Part shown: positions 36,119-53,153 of the stretch, piece by piece
Layout: each line of letters begins with the position of its first letter
Position numbering within the stretch: position 1 is the stretch's first letter
From: Octopus bimaculoides
Lineage: Eukaryota
Direction of reading: 5' to 3'
Assembly (NCBI RefSeq): GCF_001194135.2
Contig: NC_069000.1
Coordinates: forward strand, 29,270,483-29,334,482
Length of the DNA stretch: 64,000 nucleotides
Translations under genes and position numbers: made by a program
Notes under the pieces: model-generated
What the model was told of the DNA's origin: nothing
Database searches by the model: none
The model's input: only the letters and a program-made list of their open reading frames with translations

Positions 36119-37674
36119 ATGTCTGTGGGTTAGATAGGGTCAGCATGGATGTCATCTCCATCAACTAACACCATTGAATCACCAGCTAAAGACTACAACA
36201 TTCCAATTGTTCCCAACTTGGAAGCATGGATTTGGAATGTGAAAATATGAGGGAGGGAGGTCTGTTTTGCAAAATGAAAACTATTGCAGCAGATAGAATG
36301 AAACAATAATGTTATGTTGCAGTTTAAGAGACACTAGATATGTCTAAACTGTCCAGAGATCAATTAAAAAAAAAAAAAAACTGCACAGGAACAGAAAAAA
36401 ATAGAAAAATAAACACAAGAAAGTAATGTATCAACTCCCACAGCCCTTAAAATTATAATTTTGGTTGAAAAGGAAGGCATTTGTATAGTTTCTTCTTTTC
36501 TGCTGTTGTTTCCTCTCTGTACTTACAATTCTTTAATAAAACTGAAGAAATCAAAGAAAATCGTCATATGTGAAAAAGAAAAAAGGAAACATTACATTCT
36601 TCTATCCTCCCCGTTGTGGCTAATGTTCAGAAGCAAGGTCTCTCCAAACCCCAAAATCCAGAAGTACAGTTTGACTGCTGTCTACCCACACTTTCTCTAA
36701 TATAANNNNNNNNNNNNNNNNNNNNNNNNNNNNNNNNNNNNNNNNNNNNNNNNNNNNNNNNNNNNNNNNNNNNNNNNNNNNNNNNNNNNNNNNNNNNNNN
36801 NNNNNNNNNNNNNNNNNNNNNNNNNNNNNNNNNNNNNNNNNNNNNNNNNNNNNNNNNNNNNNNNNNNNNNNNNNNNNNNNNNNNNNNNNNNNNNNNNNNN
36901 NNNNNNNNNNNNNNNNNNNNNNNNNNNNNNNNNNNNNNNNNNNNNNNNNNNNNNNNNNNNNNNNNNNNNNNNNNNNNNNNNNNNNNNNNNNNNNNNNNNN
37001 NNNNNNNNNNNNNNNNNNNNNNNNNNNNNNNNNNNNNNNNNNNNNNNNNNNNNNNNNNNNNNNNNNNNNNNNNNNNNNNNNNNNNNNNNNNNNNNNNNNN
37101 NNNNNNNNNNNNNNNNNNNNNNNNNNNNNNNNNNNNNNNNNNNNNNNNNNNNNNNNNNNNNNNNNNNNNNNNNNNNNNNNNNNNNNNNNNNNNNNNNNNN
37201 NNNNNNNNNNNNNNNNNNNNNNNNNNNNNNNNNNNNNNNNNNNNNNNNNNNNNNNNNNNNNNNNNNNNNNNNNNNNNNNNNNNNNNNNNNNNNNNNNNNN
37301 NNNNNNNNNNNNNNNNNNNNNNNNNNNNNNNNNNNNNNNNNNNNNNNNNNNNNNNNNNNNNNNNNNNNNNNNNNNNNNNNNNNNNNNNNNNNNNNNNNNN
37401 NNNNNNNNNNNNNNNNNNNNNNNNNNNNNNNNNNNNNNNNNNNNNNNNNNNNNNNNNNNNNNNNNNNNNNNNNNNNNNNNNNNNNNNNNNNNNNNNNNNN
37501 NNNNNNNNNNNNNNNNNNNNNNNNNNNNNNNNNNNNNNNNNNNNNNNNNNNNNNNNNNNNNNNNNNNNNNNNNNNNNNNNNNNNATTGATTTCAAGAAAA
37601 AACAATGGAATGGTTGTGTAATACATAAACAACAGTTCCACAGCTCTTCAAATACACACAGACACAGATATAAT

Positions 37675-37753
<79 letters not shown>

Positions 37754-38701
37754 GCACAGATTGGCATTATATATATGTCATATAAAAACATGGATGTGTG
37801 GTTAAGAAGTTCATTTCCCACTGCGTAGCGGGTTCGGCCCCACTGCATAGAAATTTGGACATGTGTCTTCTACTATAGCTCCACGCAAACCAAAGCATTT
37901 TAAGTGCAGCTGATAGACAGAAACTGAAAGAAGCTTGCCACATATATACACACATGCACAAGCTATGACCCATGCAAGTATGGGAAAGTGGATGTGAAAA
38001 TGATATTGTGTGCATGAGTGTATGCATGTGTATGGGTTTGTCTCCCTTGACCATCACTGTTGCAAATGAGTGTCACCATGCAAGCGTTATTCATTTTCAA
38101 TCTTTTGTGAAATCATGTCTGGCTGTGAAGCAATATTAGTTTGCTTGGAAACAGATGAGGGTTAGTGACAGGAAGGACACCCGACCATAGATAATCTCCT
38201 TCAACAAATTCCATCTACTCTAACTCACCATACAAGTATGGGAAAGTGGGCATTAAAAGGATGGTAAGAATAACATATACATATTGCATACATAATATAA
38301 ATGTACAATGCATGTATGTATGTATGTGTGTATATANNNNNNNNNNNNNNNNNNNNNNNNNNNNNNNNNNNNNNNNNNNNNNNNNNNNNNNNNNNNNNNN
38401 NNNNNNNNNNNNNNNNNNNNNNNNNNNNNNNNNNNNNNNNNNNNNNNNNNNNNNNNNNNNNNNNNNNNNNNNNNNNNNNNNNNNNNNNNNNNNNNNNNNN
38501 NNNNNNNNNNNNNNNNNNNNNNNNNNNNNNNNNNNNNNNNNNNNNNNNNNNNNNNNNNNNNNNNNNNNNNNNNNNNNNNNNNNNNNNNNNNNNNNNNNNN
38601 NNNNNNNNNNNNNNNNNNNNNNNNNNNNNNNNNNNNNNNNNNNNNNNNNNNNNNNNNNNNNNNNNNNNNNNNNNNNNNNNNNNNNNNNNNNNNNNNNNNN
38701 C

Positions 38702-38736
<35 letters not shown>

Positions 38737-41700
38737 AGTTAAATGAATGAATGTATAATTCATGTTAGAGAGACATGAGTTGGTAGTTTATCTGGTAGTG
38801 AAGATAGATGGAGCATGTATATGTTTATACAAACACAGATTGTTAACAAAATAGCAAATCTGTGTATAATACGTTAACCATACACATACTATACTTGAAT
38901 GTATTGAGTGTAAATGGATGTCAGTCAGCTTAGCATGTGTTCCCTTAACTTATCCTCAGGCAACAATCAAAAGCATACCTTTGACAGTGTGTGATAAAGA
39001 CAAACCTTTGAATTAAATATAATCTAACGAGCTTCCTCACAGTTTCTGTCTACCCAATGTTACTCACAAAGCTTGGGTTGACCCAAGGCTATGTAGTTAA
39101 AGACACCCAAGCCGTCAAGTACTGGGATCAAATGCAGGAGTTTTTCACTGCAAACCAATCTTCATAACTGTACTGCATCTATACTTGTTCTCTGAATGTA
39201 TATCTATATTTATCTTTGTACACACATACATACTTCTGATGTATAGAGATGATGAAATGTTTCTGCAACACAGACATTTGGAGAGATACTCAATTGGATT
39301 TAGGCTATAAAAATATAGTTTATCTCTAGTAATGTGACAGAGTGGCTTATTTCAAAAGGGTGACATAGAAGTTTATCTCTTTAGCTAACAGACAACAGGA
39401 AGATGCAGTGAGTTGTTTGGAGAAGGGCTGATGCAACAAGCTTCAGGGCAAGAGCATTTGTAAAAATACTAATCAATCAAATATCTAACAATAGATATGA
39501 AATGGAGGTATGATGATGATAAGGATATCCCAAAGCCAGTATTGACAATGTCAGAGATGGAGAGATAGAAGAATGAGTGAATGTTAGAGGTTTTCTCATA
39601 ATAATAGCTCCTATATGTATATATATATATAACCATATAATAGACAATGATATAGAAATATGTCAAATTCAGTCAGCTTTCTGTATGTACCGTCATCCTA
39701 CATTTAAAAAAAATATTATACATTTACAGAACTTTAGGTAGACACTTAAACACACATGCATGCACACAGACACACACAAATAGTTAGAACAATAAATTGA
39801 GATCTTATAGCTGGCTGAACTAGTTGGTAGCCTATCATTCTCCTACAACATCAAGTGTGTACAATTGTATGTATGTGTGTAAAATACACACACATACACA
39901 GTATAAAGAAAACAGAAACTAGAAAAATTATTTGAATACTTTAGTTAATGATAATATAGTCTTGAACCTCTATGCAGACCTGTTAGAAACAGCAGCCAAA
40001 TCTTTGTGAAAGAATCACATTGCACAGTCCAAAAAAGTGAAAATGGCATATTTGATAATGTATCACTAGATGCACAAAAGTTAGGATGGTCACATCTGGA
40101 ATGCCTTTAATCATAGATTTAACCTGGGGGCTATTTTCTCATAGTGTGTTTTCTCAATGGCAGTTCATAAAGAACATTCAGTACATTGACTTCATTGGTC
40201 TTGGATGGACAGCAATGGCTTTGGGTATAACCCTTTCATCCAGACCATACTAATAAAAAAAAATAAAAAACATAAAAACTAAAACACAAAATCAAAAATC
40301 CATTATTTGTTTCAAACTTAGTAAAGGTCACAGGAGTGGCAGAGTTATTACTGGACAATATCCTTCCTGAGTTTTAGAGACACACAGGGCCAGTTTCTTA
40401 GATTTTGTGGCATATATATTGACTCGCTGGATGGGATGCCAGTCTGTCGCAGGATTACTCATTTTTGTGCCAGCTGAGTGGACTAGAGCTATAAGAAATA
40501 AAGTATTTTGCTCAAGAACATAACACATCATCTGGTCCAGAAATTGAAACCACAATCTTATGATCATGAGTCCAAACTTGGTCAATCATTTAAAGAATCA
40601 AAAACAAGAAAGCAGTAAGGCATACAGATCTTATTTTGTGAATAATGGTCATCATAAAAGATTTCGTTCATAAAGGCAAAACAGATGCAACAACATAGCC
40701 CAACTCCAACCACTAAAAGACCAACTCCTAAATGTCAGAATGTACATCATGCTTTAACAGAAATACAAACTACTTCATATGTCTATTAGAATAGAGCTGA
40801 CTACATACAATATCTGCTTGACTGAGGCTAACCTGGCAAGTTAGTAGTTACACAACAACACACAGATACATGAAATAACTGAAGGTGCTGCCTTTTAGTA
40901 TGGTGACTAAAGAAATTTCTATTCCTTTGTTTGTGAACCTGCTGCAGCAATATGGAAAAAAATGTAACAGATAAAAGGTGCCAAACAACACACACATATA
41001 ATATATACAATCACACATACATATACACATCTATCTATCTGTTTGATTAAGAAATTTGCTTTCCAAAAACATAGTTTCACATTCAGTCCCACTGCATGAC
41101 ACCTTGGGCAAATGTCTTCTACCAAAGCCTTGCTAATGGATTTGATGAGTGGAAATTGAAAGAAACCCATTGTATACATATGCATATGTGCGTATGTTTG
41201 TGTTTCCTTGACATAACATGGGAGTTACAAATGATTGTCACTATCATACAAGCAGTGGCATCCATTTACAGTGTTCTGAATAAGCATGTCTGGCCATGGG
41301 GAAATATTACCTTGCTTGAAACAGGTGAAAGTTGGTAACAGGAAAAGCATTTGACTACAGAAAATCTGTTTCAGTAAACTCCATCTGATCCATGCAAGCA
41401 TGGAAAAGTGGATGTTAAAATGATGATGATGATGATGATCAAATGTGCTGAGTGCTGCTTCCTTTCATTTGTTCACTCAATGAATGTGTGTGTGCGTGTG
41501 AACATAAAATTTTCTCATTTGTAAAGCTAAACCTTTCAGGCAACCCCTGAATTATATAATTATTGTCTACAAACCACTCACACTTTGGAGCTGGGGATGG
41601 ATGAATACGGTTATGTTGTGTGTGTGGAGAAGAGCTTTGAGAGCCAACAATCAGTTAGGTTTGTATCTGTAGCACTGTAGGCACCAACCCATCATGTCTA

Positions 41701-44043
41701 TGTGTGTGTATGAAAGGAAGAGTATGCAAAATAATATATGCTCTGCTAGGGACATCATCCAAAGATTATATCAAAACACAAATGATAAGATATGTTAATA
41801 TTCAGTCCCTTGGGTATGAGAGTTCCCTCATATTTTGGTACCAATAATAACTTGGTTGACACACAGAAGTATTCAACTTTGTCTTCATATGAGAGTAAGA
41901 TGTCGAAAAGGCAACATTACAAGCAAACAAATATATAAAAATGCAGTTGAACAATAATATGTTACAGTGGAACTGATCCACATACCATAGTAGTCACCTA
42001 TTTGTAAAGGAGACTGTATGAACTAAGTCACAGACTATAGGGATCATCTTTTTGTAATGGCTGTATATGAACTGAGCTACAGATCATGAAGCCACTTTTA
42101 GTAATATTCTCCTATTGGATGAAGAACTCCACACTGCTCTAAACTAAGAAGAAAACATTAACAATAATCATTGATATATCCAATGGGAGCTCTGCCAAAG
42201 GATGTACTCCATGAAGTACTCTGCAATGTGTATTGACGTGACTAAATGTTTCTACCAGCACAAACTTCGCACAATCATGAGGATTTGATGGAATGACTAT
42301 AATGAAGAAGGTCTGCTCAGGGCCAGACTGTCTAACACAAAAGCTACCATGGCACGTCCCCACCTCCACTGGTTGAGATACATCATATGTATATATGCCT
42401 ATATATACTATGGTGATGGTTCAGTGGCCATAGCATACCCACATGGTATGATAGTGTGACGTTGTGGTATGATGATACAGGGGCAAAGACTTGATTACAT
42501 AGCATTGTTATGGTGACATAGTATGCTGGATAGAGTGATGTGGTGCATGAGTATGTTTGTGTCTATAGTCTCAAACAAACAATATTTAGGCAAGCTTTTC
42601 AATATTGTCATATAAACTGAACATCGTTACGAAGTATTTAGGAAGATGGAAAAAGATGACAGGACCTTAAACAAGAAGTTCAGCAAGTGGAGAGAGAGAG
42701 ACAGAGAGATGTTTGTGGAGTAACTCTTCATCATGTAGAAAAGAGAAGAATTTGAAAAGATTTCAGAAGGACAGAATTTTGGGGCAGAACTTTCTAGAAT
42801 AGCTTCTCAATCAGATTTTAAAATATTAAATGTGGTGGTGCTTGGTGGCCATAGGTCAAAGTTACTTAAACCAAACAACTGTCTACTTGAACTAAACAGT
42901 TACAGTCAAAATCATTTGAACTAAAGAGCCATGTGGTGGACAGTGGTCAACATTACAGCTGTGCATAGAAAGTGTTTGTCTATACACTGTGTCTAACATA
43001 AAAATGTGTGTGTGTGTATGCCTGTAAGTTTAAATATGTAGATTGATATAACAAAGTGTATTACATAGAAACAAGCAGATATTGAAGGAGAGAATTCATG
43101 TTCTGGATGTTGATGTTGGAGCAAGTATACCTTTCCAAACTGCATCAACAATTTAGTTTATAGGGGCCCCTTTTGGAGTAGTAAAGGCTTTTATTCTCCA
43201 AATTAAAACTGAAGTTGCTCCAATGCTGTGCTCCTAGGGGATAAAGGAGAATGAGGATACTCCAACATTAATATCATTGTGAACAACATAGTAGTTGTGG
43301 TGAGATAAAAAAAAAAACAACAACCTTTTGTTTACAACTGAAAAGATTTACAAACTGCTGAAGCAAAAATGATAAAAATGTAGAGAGAGGGTATTGTCAA
43401 TTTAGTGAACATTGTATCTGACAAGTACCTTATTTTATTTTATCAGACTGAAAATGTTATACATAATAACCTCTGTAGGATTTGCACTCAGAACATAATG
43501 AAATTCCACAAAATACTTTGTCTGCTACACTTATGGAATCTACCAATCCATGGCCCTATATAATAATAGCTGTTTCTAATTTAGGTACAAGGCCAGCAAT
43601 TTTGATGGGAAGGGGTTAGTCAATTACATCAGCCCCAGTGCTAGACTGGTACTTTATTGACCTGGAGGGATGAACAACAAAGTTAACCTTGAATAATAAC
43701 AACAATAATAACTGTTACTGAATTAGGCAAAATGCTAGCAATATTTGAGAAGTGGGGTGATGCTGGTTGATTACATTGATGCCAGTACTTGACTGGTACT
43801 TTATTTTATTGACCTTGGAGAGGTGTAAAGTCGACCTTGGCAGGATTTGAATACAGAATGTAAAGGAATGTAACTAAATATCACAAGGTATTTTGTCCTC
43901 TGCTTTACCAAATTCTGCCATCAACCACCTTAATAAAAATAATGCCCATGTTAATAAAGAAAATGACAATCTCTTACAAAAGCACAATGAAGCCTCAGAT
44001 CTATAGGCCAGAATAAAAGGGGAAATTGTAATACTTATGTTGT

Positions 44044-44046
<3 letters not shown>

Positions 44047-44114
<68 letters not shown>
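44047..44114. repeat. (GA)n microsatellite
   Basis: Seen directly. Similar tract at 45145-45400 across a gap. Confidence 0.95.
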
Positions 44115-44118
<4 letters not shown>

Positions 44119-45358
44119 TGGGTGAAGATGAAACTCCAAAAAGGGAAGATTGAGGGGCTAAACAAGAAAAGAAATTGTATATGTTTGCAAGATGAAATGG
44201 TAAGGGAGAAAAGAAGAAAAAATATAAATATAAGCAAAATTATATTTTAAAAATATTAAATCAATCCCTCTCCACCCTCACATACAATAAAAAAAGGTTA
44301 GTTTTTAATTTATGGATGTGAGGAAAATAGATAGAAGCAGAGCATGGCAGTCTAAGATCAGATGTGACTTGTGATCAGCTTATGGCTTGATGTGGTGGCC
44401 TGCAGTCAGCTGTGGCAAGATGTGATGCTCTCTTGTCAGTCAACCAATCAGATTGTTTAGTGAAGAAACAAAATGTTTGGGAACTATGCCAAAGCAACTT
44501 CCCTCTGAATTACAAGAATCCACCAAACTGATAAGAAACAACTATCTTTCAGCTAAATTTTCCCATGAGAAGACAGAAGAACTGATTCTGGTACAACAAT
44601 CTAACAAATCACTTGTTAATTCTAGAATGGTGTTTCTGCTACTGACAGCAGTGAACTACACCACACTGTGGTACCTAATTACAGCTAAATATCAGTCAGT
44701 ACAGTGAATTATAACACACTACAAATGCCTATTTACCTCTCAGTTGATGGAGTTGTTTCAGGCATGCAAACAATAGAGCACAGTCAGTTATACTGGGTAT
44801 CTATTTAAACTTGGTAGACTGGGCTGTAGACAGTTAAGTGTCTAGGCTAGGTATACTATTGTACTGTGGTACTTACAGCTTGGAACACTAGGTTGTTGAT
44901 AGTTAAGTGGACACAGTACAGTGAATTATATTACATTGTGATGCCTTCTTAGAACTTGGTAAACAGTGTTGTTGAGAGTTACATGTTTTGGCTACAAACA
45001 CATGACTATGCCACTGATAAGCTACAAACAGCATTCTTTTTGAACCATCGAAGGTAGAAAATACAGACAAGTACACATAAATAAATTCAGCTACATATGA
45101 AAAGACAAAAAAAGTCATTTTTCTTGTTTTAGTTTGCCTCTATTGAGAGAGAGAGAGAGAGAGAGAGANNNNNNNNNNNNNNNNNNNNNNNNNNNNNNNN
45201 NNNNNNNNNNNNNNNNNNNNNNNNNNNNNNNNNNNNNNNNNNNNNNNNNNNNNNNNNNNNNNNNNNNNNNNNNNNNNNNNNNNNNNNNNNNNNNNNNNNN
45301 NNNNNNNNNNNNNNNNNNNNNNNNNNNNNNNNNNNNNNNNNNNNNNNNNNNNNNNNNN

Positions 45359-45403
<45 letters not shown>

Positions 45404-46353
45404 ACCTACAAAATTTATGCTGTCAAAGAATTGATATTTTCTTTTTGATTTACAACCATTTTCCATGGACTATGGGTTAGATGGTTTGCTTTGTATTAGA
45501 GTGAATACTGTTACAGTTTAGAAGATGTCCCATCTAGCCATTAACCACTTAATTGTGAAGTAGGAACTAGAGTCATACTTCCTTTTTGTTCAGTTAAGGC
45601 AAACTGAAACAAACAGTGTTATGTTTTGCTCAAAAATATGATATAATGATTGTGCTGTGGTAAAATTTGAACTTATAATTATGGGGGTAGTAGTCCAGGA
45701 CTTTAAACTTGGTCACTGGGCCCCAGTGTTAATTATCTTATTAATGACTTATTTGTTTTCATTAGGCACAAGGCTGAAGTTTACACTATAGAGTAGTTAT
45801 CTGAATAACCTAACTGTATGACACTCCTTGGCAGGATTTGCAATCAGAATGTTGAAGGAGACAAAAATAAAATAATGTAAGATATCTACATGAGGTTGAT
45901 AAGTCAAGGACTGTGACTGATTTCTTCTCTTTCTGATTGGGCAACATAAAGGGGGGACCAAGAAAGCAGTATTCACATTATAGACCTGCCAATCTTTTCA
46001 CTACCTCTACATGGACAAGACAAAAAAATAAAGTGTGACAGTCTATTGTTTTCATTAATTCCATCTTAATTATGACTATAAATAATTATAGTAGTTGTTA
46101 TATGATTTAGCTATAAATCTTAATGCAACTACGGCTAGTAGTATTAAAAGATCAACAAGTTGTTCCATATTCTGGATTGTTCTTGCCAAAATTCTGATGC
46201 TCAAATCCAAAGGGGCTTTTGATGTCAGAAAAATTTAGCAGGGAGAGAAGGCAGAAGCAGGAGACCAAAAGTTAAAAGAATGAAAGCTGCCGTAAGACAG
46301 GAATTACCTTCAACAACACAACACTGTATATGACACACACACAGATACACACA

Positions 46354-46412
<59 letters not shown>

Positions 46413-49024
46413 TCTAAACAGATACACACGTGTGTGTAGAGAGGAAGCAGAGTTTTAGTGAAAAGGCTGCCAAAGCTGATAAAAATCAACAAAAATTGTT
46501 TGGAATTTTATGAAATATAATCAAATTCGCTAAAACTTTCAGATGCTTGAGGTACAACAATACACCATTAGCAATAATGTTTGAAACAGATAAAGTCCAG
46601 TAAGGAATAGTCAGAGGTATGGGGAGAGGAGTGCAGTATGCCAGCTACCCTGATACATAGAGGCATGACAACTAACTGTTGCCACCACCATTGTCATCAT
46701 CATAATTTATACTTGTTATTCCACCATGGCAAAGGTTGCACAAGATTACACTGCTGCATCTATTGACACAACCCCATTGAACCATTTTATGTCCTAGCTG
46801 ATGCACTTCCTACCCTTACAGCTTTCTGTTTATATGTCATTCCATATTTCCTATGACATGCATGCACACTGCACACAAACAAAGCAAATGTATATAGCAG
46901 GTATGTAAATGTGTGTGTGGACAGATAAATATTTACCTCAGAAGAAAATATGTGACAAACAAGATAAGCTAAAAGGAAATATGAGCATCTACAACCATTA
47001 CATACATCTTCATAAGTTACACACCTTATATGAATATAAAAGTCTTTGTGCGACAGTTAAGTTACCCTCCATTTAGTTGAAAGAAGCTTGTAAGTCACAC
47101 ATACACACACACACACACATAACTATACGTATATGTGTGTGTGTGTGCATGTATATGGGAAGGACATAGAGGACAAGTGGGAAGGACCAACTGAAAAAAA
47201 AAAATGAGTGAGGTAGGATGGGAGTAGAGTAGATAAAAATTTGTGCCCAACCCCACCTCTTCTTCCTGGTGTTAGAGGGTGTGGTGGGAATGAGAGAGCG
47301 CAACAGTTTCCAGCAGTGAAGAATAATATCAGACTAGTAACAGAAAGAGTAGAATAGGAGAAGCATTGATATTTGTATGATGGGGTAGCAAAGGACATCA
47401 AAGGAAGTGATGGAAGAGGAGTCAAAGCGAGGGGACTTTTATTATGGATGAGGTAAGGCATGGAAGAAGAAAAAGTGTTGTGTATGCATGTAGATGAAAG
47501 TAGATTAACTAAATTGTAAAAGGAGATACGAACTTGCACAAACACATACAACCATGTGTGTGTGTGTATATATATATGTATGTATGTATGTAAAGAAAAA
47601 AAGAGGAAACAGACGGAAAGTGGTTAGAGGGAGACCAAAGAATTGACATATCAAAAAAAAAAAGAAATCTTCTGAGTAGATTTTTCATAAATGGATCCAA
47701 ATCTTAAAGAAGATTATTTAGTTTTGTCTGGTAGGCATGCATGGATGAGGTGTGTTTGTGTGTGTGTGTGTGAGATGGATATCATCATCATCATCATCAT
47801 CATTTGTCTGTGCCTGAATCACCACATTAGCATATGTTGAATGGGTCTGGAAAACAGCACTGTACCTCATCCCTCAGTTTGTATGCTGTATAGGTGTGTA
47901 TAAATACATATTGCACATTTCTATATGTAAAATAGACATATGCTCATAGACATATAGAAAAGACAAAGAATGAGAGGGTGTGGGGAGAGTGTAAGCTGAG
48001 ATTCAATCTGGCCCGTATCCTAATTTGTACTCTGGTACATCTGCTATTTTCGCCACTAGCTTTCCACTATATTTTTCAAAAAGTTTATAACAAAATATAA
48101 CTAACCTATATAGAAGAGAGCATATATGACTTTGGGTATTTATTTCAAATGGTAGAAGAAGTACTCAATACATGAAGATAAGAGTGTATTTCTTTATTCA
48201 AAGCTGACTATTCACTCCATTATTACTCAGGAATAGCGACTGAGTTAATAATTAGCTTTGAATGAAGATGTATATATATTCATATATCTTACTAATTTAT
48301 AAATATATGTGCTAATCAATGTGCATTTTAAATACCAATGATACAGTGTACATATAAATCTAAATACATATACACAGACAGTTCAGTGAGCTGGTGGAGA
48401 AGTATGTGTGTGTGTGTGTGTGTGTGTGAGCGTGTGTGTGTATTTGTGTACACATGTGTACACACACATACACATTATATATATATATATGTGTGTGCGT
48501 ATGCGCATACATGTTTGAGTGAATATAAATTTACAAATGAGGAAGAGAAGAAAGAATAGTAAAAAGACAAAGGAAATATAAATGATGAGTTCAAATGCAG
48601 CAGAAAATTTGGTTTGGAGACGAGTATAATACATACAACATATTGTACATGTTATACCTTCATAATCTCTCTCTCTCATATGGATTAAGGAACCATACTA
48701 CACATACACAAACATAGACATATGTACACATATATATATGTATGTAGATACACATACATATAGTCAGTTTCATAAAAAAATTTCCTAATATTCAATATAA
48801 CAATTTCGTTTTAAATTATTTAAAAAACAAGACCCAAATACCACACATTAGGGTAGCAAACTCCGTTTTCTGCTACTTCACACCTTCCAAGGGAAGGGGA
48901 CATAGAGTGTGTGAGAAGTTTCCTAATACATATATAGAAACCAAAATAGCAACAAGCCTTTAAGCTTTGACCTTGCATAGTCCAACACTAATGACAGACT
49001 TTGGCAGTTTGAATAAAAAACAGT

Positions 49025-49030
49025 TTTATT
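49025..49030 (-). promoter_or_regulatory. Candidate proximal poly(A) signal of cic
   Basis: AATAAA on the minus strand about 1.15 kb after the stop, followed by a T-rich tract. Use is unproven. Confidence 0.25.
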
Positions 49031-49396
49031 GTGAAGTTACTGGACACATTGACAGTGGATATATTGACAGCTTATGTGGTTAACTGTCTCAAAATGTAAA
49101 TGTGTGTGTGTGAGTGTGTATGAGTGTGAGTGTGTGTATATATACACATTCAGACAAGCTAGATTGCATACATAATTGTCCACATACAAGAAAAAGAAAA
49201 AAGAAAAAAAAAAAGACATACATAGAGTTATAGCTTTGGGTGGATTACATAAGAGAACATTATCATCACACCCTAAAGCTGTAGCAGTTTGTACTGTATT
49301 ACACCACATCATTCAGTATTGTAGGCAAAGGTCTACTCAACAGAGCAACAACTACGAACCACACCCACAACAACCATCCCTTATACATACATACAA

Positions 49397-49435
<39 letters not shown>

Positions 49436-50179
49436 CTATACACAAACACATGCACACACCCATATATCGTCCTGGTAGGTCATGTGTAAGTAGTACCAAC
49501 CTACAGTTTACAAACACCACCACCACCATCCTACCACATTACTGTCATTGTATGTTGCATCAATATGTCAAATTATCATCTTCATCTTTAACATCATTGT
49601 GGAGACAGACAGAGAGGTCACAAATGTTGATCTCTCGGGTCAAAGTTCATGAATAAAGAAATTAGAAAAAAAAAAAAATTTTTTCTTTCCTCAATGTAAC
49701 TTTCTTTTTCGTTTGTTTTTATCTGTGTATCAGTCTGTTTCTACAAAGTTTTTTGCTTTTTTTTTTTTCACAGGGAAAACTTTGATCATTATACCCTTGG
49801 TTGGACTGATAACAACAACAACAACAATAACAACAACAATAGGAAGGAAGAAGAGGATGAGCTGGAGAAGAGAGGAGGACAGAGAAGTGAAGTGGAGGAA
49901 CAAGTTATGAAAATGTATGTTGTTTTTCTTGGAGGGGTGGAGAAGGGAGATCGGGATAGAGATCCAACGAGGTTAATTTCAAATACTTTGTTCTGTTTCC
50001 ATGACAACAGTAAACCACATATGTATATATAATATATATATAATGTGTGAGTATGTATATACATACAAGTCTACATATACATATATATATGTATATATTT
50101 GTGTATGTAACAAAGCCATTTAGTGAAGAGGAGTGGTATGCAGAGGGAAGGGTGTGTGTCCCTCACCCCACTCCACGCT

Positions 50180-51067
<888 letters not shown>

Positions 51068-51086
51068 TCAAATTTNNNNNNNNNNC

Positions 51087-51257
<171 letters not shown>

Positions 51258-52950
51258 TCAAATTTTGGCACAAGGCCAGGAAATTTGAGGGGAAAGGGGG
51301 GGGGGTAAGCCAATTGCATCAACTCCAGTGTTCCACTGGTATTTATTTCATCGATCAAAAAAGGATGAAAGGCAAAGTCAAGCTTGGTGGTATTTGAACT
51401 TAGAATGTAAAGATGGACAGCTTGTTTGTGAAATTAATGTGCAAGTGGCTGAGCACTCCACAAACACATGTACCCATAGCATAGTTTTTATGGAGATTCA
51501 ACATAACATGATTGGTCATTTGAATTACATGTGCTGCTCAATTTTGCCAGCTGTGTGAACTGGCGCAAAAGTCTCTCACTCAAGGACACAATGCACTGCC
51601 AGGAATTGAACTCGTGACCTTACAATTGTGAGCTGAATACCCTAACCAATAAACCATGTGCCTTCATAAGAAAGACTATGTCAAAAAAAAAAAAGGCATG
51701 ATGGTCACGGTTGGAATGTTTTTAGTCATATGCCTACTTGATCGGGGATGACTTGACGGTTAATGAACATGTTAACAAGAGTTTTATAGCAGAATGACTC
51801 TTGCTGTGAGTGACCCCTATTTGGACATTAAAATCTACTGTGAGCAGGAATATGGAAAGGTTAAAAACATCAGCTTTTGCTATCTAAACTAGTGGATTTG
51901 GGACTCATTGGTTTAGATGAACTCAAATTTAAATTGTATGCAGTTATTTTGAAAATACTTCATGGAGTGACAACTATGCCCTGTATAGTTACAGGCTGCC
52001 CTTTGGCAAGGTATAGCATCCATTCAACCACCCTGCCAGGGATACGGAAAAGTCATGGGACTGCAGCATGGTGAATTGTGAAGAGGTAGCAGAAGAGCTC
52101 AACTGAGCTTCTTACATTGATGCTGAGTGGAGGAATCCTAGCAGCTCAACAGTCAGGATCACCAAGCTCTATCAAGAGAGAGTAACTACAATGCTTCTAC
52201 AGGGGTGGCATCCAGGGTTGTGTAATCAGCTCATGAAAGATTCCCTATGACTCAAGCTCCCAATTCAAATTCATAATAATGGAATTGGATGGTGACAGAC
52301 AGTCATGGGAATCCACAAAAGCATCAAAATCAAAAAAAAAAAAGAAACGTGTAATACTAATAATGGTAACTCCTGCAATGATAGGACTTCCAGGTTAGAT
52401 ACTCTGTTATAGACATATAATTCAATTAATGGTGGGATCTAGGTTAGACACATGTAGAATCTCAGATGTAATGCCACTAGGGGTACAGTTTTTAGGTTAG
52501 ATAAATATAATACCAAAGATGTAGCATTTTTGATCAAGGACACACTCTAGAGTGGAATGAGTTCCTGAAAAACTGGGAGCTTTGGTTTACCTCCAGGTTA
52601 ACTCTGATCAAATAAATTCTAGCCATCACTATTCTACCTTTTCAAAAAGTTTATCTTGGACTACATTATCTAGTTTGCTTTTATTTTTTTCTTTGAGATA
52701 GTATAGTGTGAGTTGATGGAGATTTGACTGTTATTTCTAGAGGATCAAACGATGATGCACAGGATACATCCTTAGCTTGCATCAATAGTGATAAGATTTC
52801 TAGGTTAGATAAACGGTTAGAATTAGCAACTATAGCATTCTTAGGCTACAACATATTGCTTCAGCCACAACTACCCTAAGGTATTATCACAGAAGAGCAG
52901 CTTACACAACCCCCTAGAACCTAATAATAGAAAGACATTTCAAAAGAGTA

Positions 52951-53088
52951 GGCACAGGCATGGCTGTGTGATGAGAAGCTTCCTTCCCAACCACCTTGGG
53001 CAAGTGTCTTTTATAGCTTTGTGTCAACCAAAGCCATGGGAGTAGATTTGGTAGATGGAAACTGAAAGAAGCCCATTGTATATATAAA

Positions 53089-53153
<65 letters not shown>

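Noticed and set aside
48721-50063. Several Pumilio-type TGTANATA sites in the putative cic 3' UTR
   Set aside because: Expected by chance in (TA)/(TG)-rich sequence. No conservation data are available.
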